The translations under genes and the position numbers were made by a program. Below the pieces are notes generated by a model. That model was not told the DNA's origin and did no database searches. It saw nothing but the letters and a program-made list of their open reading frames with translations. Below, in pieces: positions 61,509 through 64,000 of a stretch of DNA of 64,000 nucleotides (position 1 is its first letter; every line of letters starts with the position of its first letter). This DNA comes from an uncultured bacterium (GTDB taxonomy: Bacteria > Babelota > Babeliae > Babelales > Vermiphilaceae). The DNA lies in the NCBI GenBank assembly GCA_963702025.1, contig OY969699.1, positions 1,024,001 to 1,088,000 on the forward strand, written 5' to 3'.

Positions 61509-62324
61509 ATGAATATTAAAATTCTGTTCGTTGGTGATGTGGTTGGCGCTCCGGGTAGAGCAATGCTCCAAAAGCATCTTAATCAGCTGCGTGAAAAATA
61601 TAGTATCGATGCCACCATAGTCAATGGTGAAAATGCTGCTGATGGACGGGGGATAACGCCACGCATTATGGAATCATTCAAGCATATGAAGGTTGATGTG
61701 GTGACTTCCGGTAACCATATTTGGGATAAAAAAGATATTGTTCCCTATTTGCAAACACATGATGATCTGCTGCGTCCGGCCAATTTTCCGTCCGAATGTC
61801 CGGGCGTTGGCGTTAAGATTATCCAGGTCAAAGGCCAATCGATCGCCGTTATTAATGTGCAAGGAAGAGTGTTCATGAAAGAACATCTTGATTGTCCGTT
61901 TAAAACAGTTGAATCACTTCTTACCTATCTGCGTGATAAGGCAAAAATAATTCTAGTTGATTTTCATGCTGAAACAACGGCAGAAAAAGCAGCACTTGCC
62001 TATTATCTGGACGGCAGAATAAGTGCCCTTGTTGGCACCCATACCCATGTACAAACGGCGGATGAACGCATTTTACCCGGTGGCGCTGCCTTTATTACCG
62101 ATCTTGGCATGGTTGGCGCGCTTAATTCCAGCTTGGGTATGAAATTAGATTCTATTATTCATCATTTTGTATCACAAATGCCTGTGCGGTTTACCGTGGA
62201 AACAAACGGTCCGATCCTCCTGAATGGGGTGGTTATCGAGATTGATGCTGCGACCGGAAAAGCTCTCAACATTGAACGTGTCAAAATCATTGATGAAGCG
62301 ATTCATCTGGATGAAAAAGAGTGA
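61509..62324 (+). CDS. YmdB/TIGR00282-family metallophosphoesterase
   Basis: GDVVG..GR, NGEN, SGNH, RPANF, DFHAE.T.EK, GTHTHVQT.D. Confidence 0.93.
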   Translation: MNIKILFVGDVVGAPGRAMLQKHLNQLREKYSIDATIVNGENAADGRGITPRIMESFKHMKVDVVTSGNHIWDKKDIVPYLQTHDDLLRPANFPSECPGVGVKIIQVKGQSIAVINVQGRVFMKEHLDCPFKTVESLLTYLRDKAKIILVDFHAETTAEKAALAYYLDGRISALVGTHTHVQTADERILPGGAAFITDLGMVGALNSSLGMKLDSIIHHFVSQMPVRFTVETNGPILLNGVVIEIDAATGKALNIERVKIIDEAIHLDEKE

Positions 62325-62402
62325 AAATTCTTGCTTTTTCTTGAATCTGAGCAGAGTTCTATCTCATAATAAGTTTAATGATTTATAAAAAGGAGACTTA
62401 TT

Positions 62403-63605
62403 ATGTTTAAAAAAATCCTAATATTTTTATTTTTTCCCATTATTTTCTATGCAATGGAAATGCCACCGACTGGCTTTGTAATTTTTAAGGAATCAAAGAA
62501 ATCCTTAAAAAACCGCATAGCACGGCTCACAAAAGCAGCGCATTCCGGAAACATAACAGTACTTCGGGAGTTAGCGGAAGCATTACTAGAAGATAATAAT
62601 CCACAAGAAGCTTTATTTTGGGCAAAGAAACAGAAACTAGTTGCTCCTGAATTATTGGCACGAATTTATCTTGAACTCGATGATATAGAGAATGCTGAAA
62701 CTTACGCGAGAAAAGCTAATAGTTTAGAATCGCAGGCCATCTTAGCACAAGTTTTGGAAATAAAGGGAGAAATTGAGATGGCCGAAACATATTATCTTGC
62801 TGCCGCATTAGCAAGCGAGGAGCGGCTGCTTGAACTTGCTGATTTTTACCGACGACACAAAAACATGGAGAAGGCAAAGGAATTTTATACTAAACTTTCT
62901 CGTGAGTTAATCGGTAACGAATCTCTGGTAGATATCCTTTATCAAGCTAAGGGTGGATTGGCTGAATTGAATAAGAATTGGCAAGAAGCAGCTGACTGGT
63001 ACAAAAAGGCGGATGATCGTGATGCTCTTGCGCGAGTTTACCAAGAAATGGGCGATGAAGAACGGGCACAAAAATTATTTGCTCAAATTGCTCGTGAAGA
63101 AGATTGTGGATATGCCTATTACCAACTTGGTCTTTCTGCCATAAAGCGTAAAGATTTTCCTGAGGCAATTAAGCAGCTTGAAAAATCAGTCACAAAAATT
63201 GGTTGCATACTCGATGATCCGGAGTATCCAGGCGATGCATACTATCATTTGTATAAACTCTATCAACGTACTGACCCAAAAAAAGCAGATGAAATGCTTC
63301 AAAAGGCGGTTTCTCATAAGAATGTGAGAGCACTTGATAAGTTAGGAATTATCTCCAGTGAAAAAAAAGAAAATGAAAAAGCAAAAGAATATTTCCTCGC
63401 CGCGGCCAGCAAGGGAGACTTGAGAGCAAAATATAACTTGGGTGTAATGGCAGAAATTTCAGGCGCCTACGGCGAAGCAAAAAAATATTATGCAGAGCTT
63501 AGCAAAGAAAATTACAAAGACGCCACCAAACGTTTGAAAATTGTTATTAATAAACAATTAAAAAAATATAAAGAAGAGCAGGAAAAAAAACAACAAAATC
63601 CATAA
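62403..63605 (+). CDS. Exported TPR/Sel1-repeat protein
   Basis: Signal peptide-AME; AYYQLG, AKYNLG, AKEYF..AA repeats. Confidence 0.85.
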   Translation: MFKKILIFLFFPIIFYAMEMPPTGFVIFKESKKSLKNRIARLTKAAHSGNITVLRELAEALLEDNNPQEALFWAKKQKLVAPELLARIYLELDDIENAETYARKANSLESQAILAQVLEIKGEIEMAETYYLAAALASEERLLELADFYRRHKNMEKAKEFYTKLSRELIGNESLVDILYQAKGGLAELNKNWQEAADWYKKADDRDALARVYQEMGDEERAQKLFAQIAREEDCGYAYYQLGLSAIKRKDFPEAIKQLEKSVTKIGCILDDPEYPGDAYYHLYKLYQRTDPKKADEMLQKAVSHKNVRALDKLGIISSEKKENEKAKEYFLAAASKGDLRAKYNLGVMAEISGAYGEAKKYYAELSKENYKDATKRLKIVINKQLKKYKEEQEKKQQNP

Positions 63606-63681
63606 AATAATGTGCAGATTCGTTTTTTTGGTTACACTTTAAATAATATCGATTCAACATACTAACCGGAAGATGCCAAAG

Positions 63682-64000
63682 ATGTGGTTAATCCTTCTTG
63701 CCTATTTTTTAATGGCTGCTACCTTTACCTTGGCAAAAACGTCGGTTATCTATATGAAGCCTATTTTTTTTATTGCAATCCGCATGATCATTGCCGGAAG
63801 TTTATTATTGAGTTATTTTTATTGGGTACAGCGTAAAAAGATTAGCATTGGCCGATCCGATCTTAAGTTATTTGCTCAACTGACACTTTTTCATATCTAT
63901 TTCGCCTATATTCTCGAGTTTTGGGCATTGCAATATATTAGTTCGTCAAAAGCATCATTATTGTATAGTTTATCTCCCTTTATTACTGCATTATTGAGCT
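63682..64000 (+). CDS. DMT/EamA-family transporter, 5' part (runs off window end)
   Basis: Hand translation [19 protein letters not shown]...[13 protein letters not shown]...[26 protein letters not shown]. Confidence 0.85.
   Translation, partial: MWLILLAYFLMAATFTLAKTSVIYMKPIFFIAIRMIIAGSLLLSYFYWVQRKKISIGRSDLKLFAQLTLFHIYFAYILEFWALQYISSSKASLLYSLSPFITALLS

Noticed and set aside
170..63168. Numerous short antisense or overlapping ORFs (e.g. 170-355, 10507-11013, 35719-36195, 44327-44866, 47193-48071, 57527-57937)
   Set aside because: Shadows of well-supported genes, no motifs
1..64000. CRISPR array, tRNA, rRNA
   Set aside because: No regularly spaced repeat-spacer series or recognisable RNA gene motifs seen by eye

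Overview
AT-rich bacterial chromosome segment. The gene content (many signal-peptide ankyrin, F-box, LRR and Sel1/TPR proteins, HspR, sparse metabolism) best fits an intracellular parasite of protists such as Ca. Dependentiae/Babelota (TM6); this placement is inference. The left ~47 kb is accessory. It holds three IS elements (IS4, IS5/ISL2-like, IS630), a MITE with the IS5-type ends, a family of covarying REP-like hairpins, a tRNA-dependent cyclodipeptide synthase, a catalytically degenerate exported oligoribonuclease, a tandem array of ten small Cys-rich membrane-hairpin proteins, two GH1 paralogs lacking the acid/base Glu around an exported PPP phosphatase, and an AT-rich islet bounded by a duplicated sulP 3' end. 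The right part is mostly housekeeping (ychF, dnaK, carD, miaA, ppiD-like, recA, infC-rpmI-rplT, zapB-like/zapA, rny, ymdB-like). Window-wide, about 29 proteins have a Met immediately after the predicted signal-peptidase site. I recognised no rRNA, tRNA or CRISPR array. All calls come from reading motifs by eye, with no database search.
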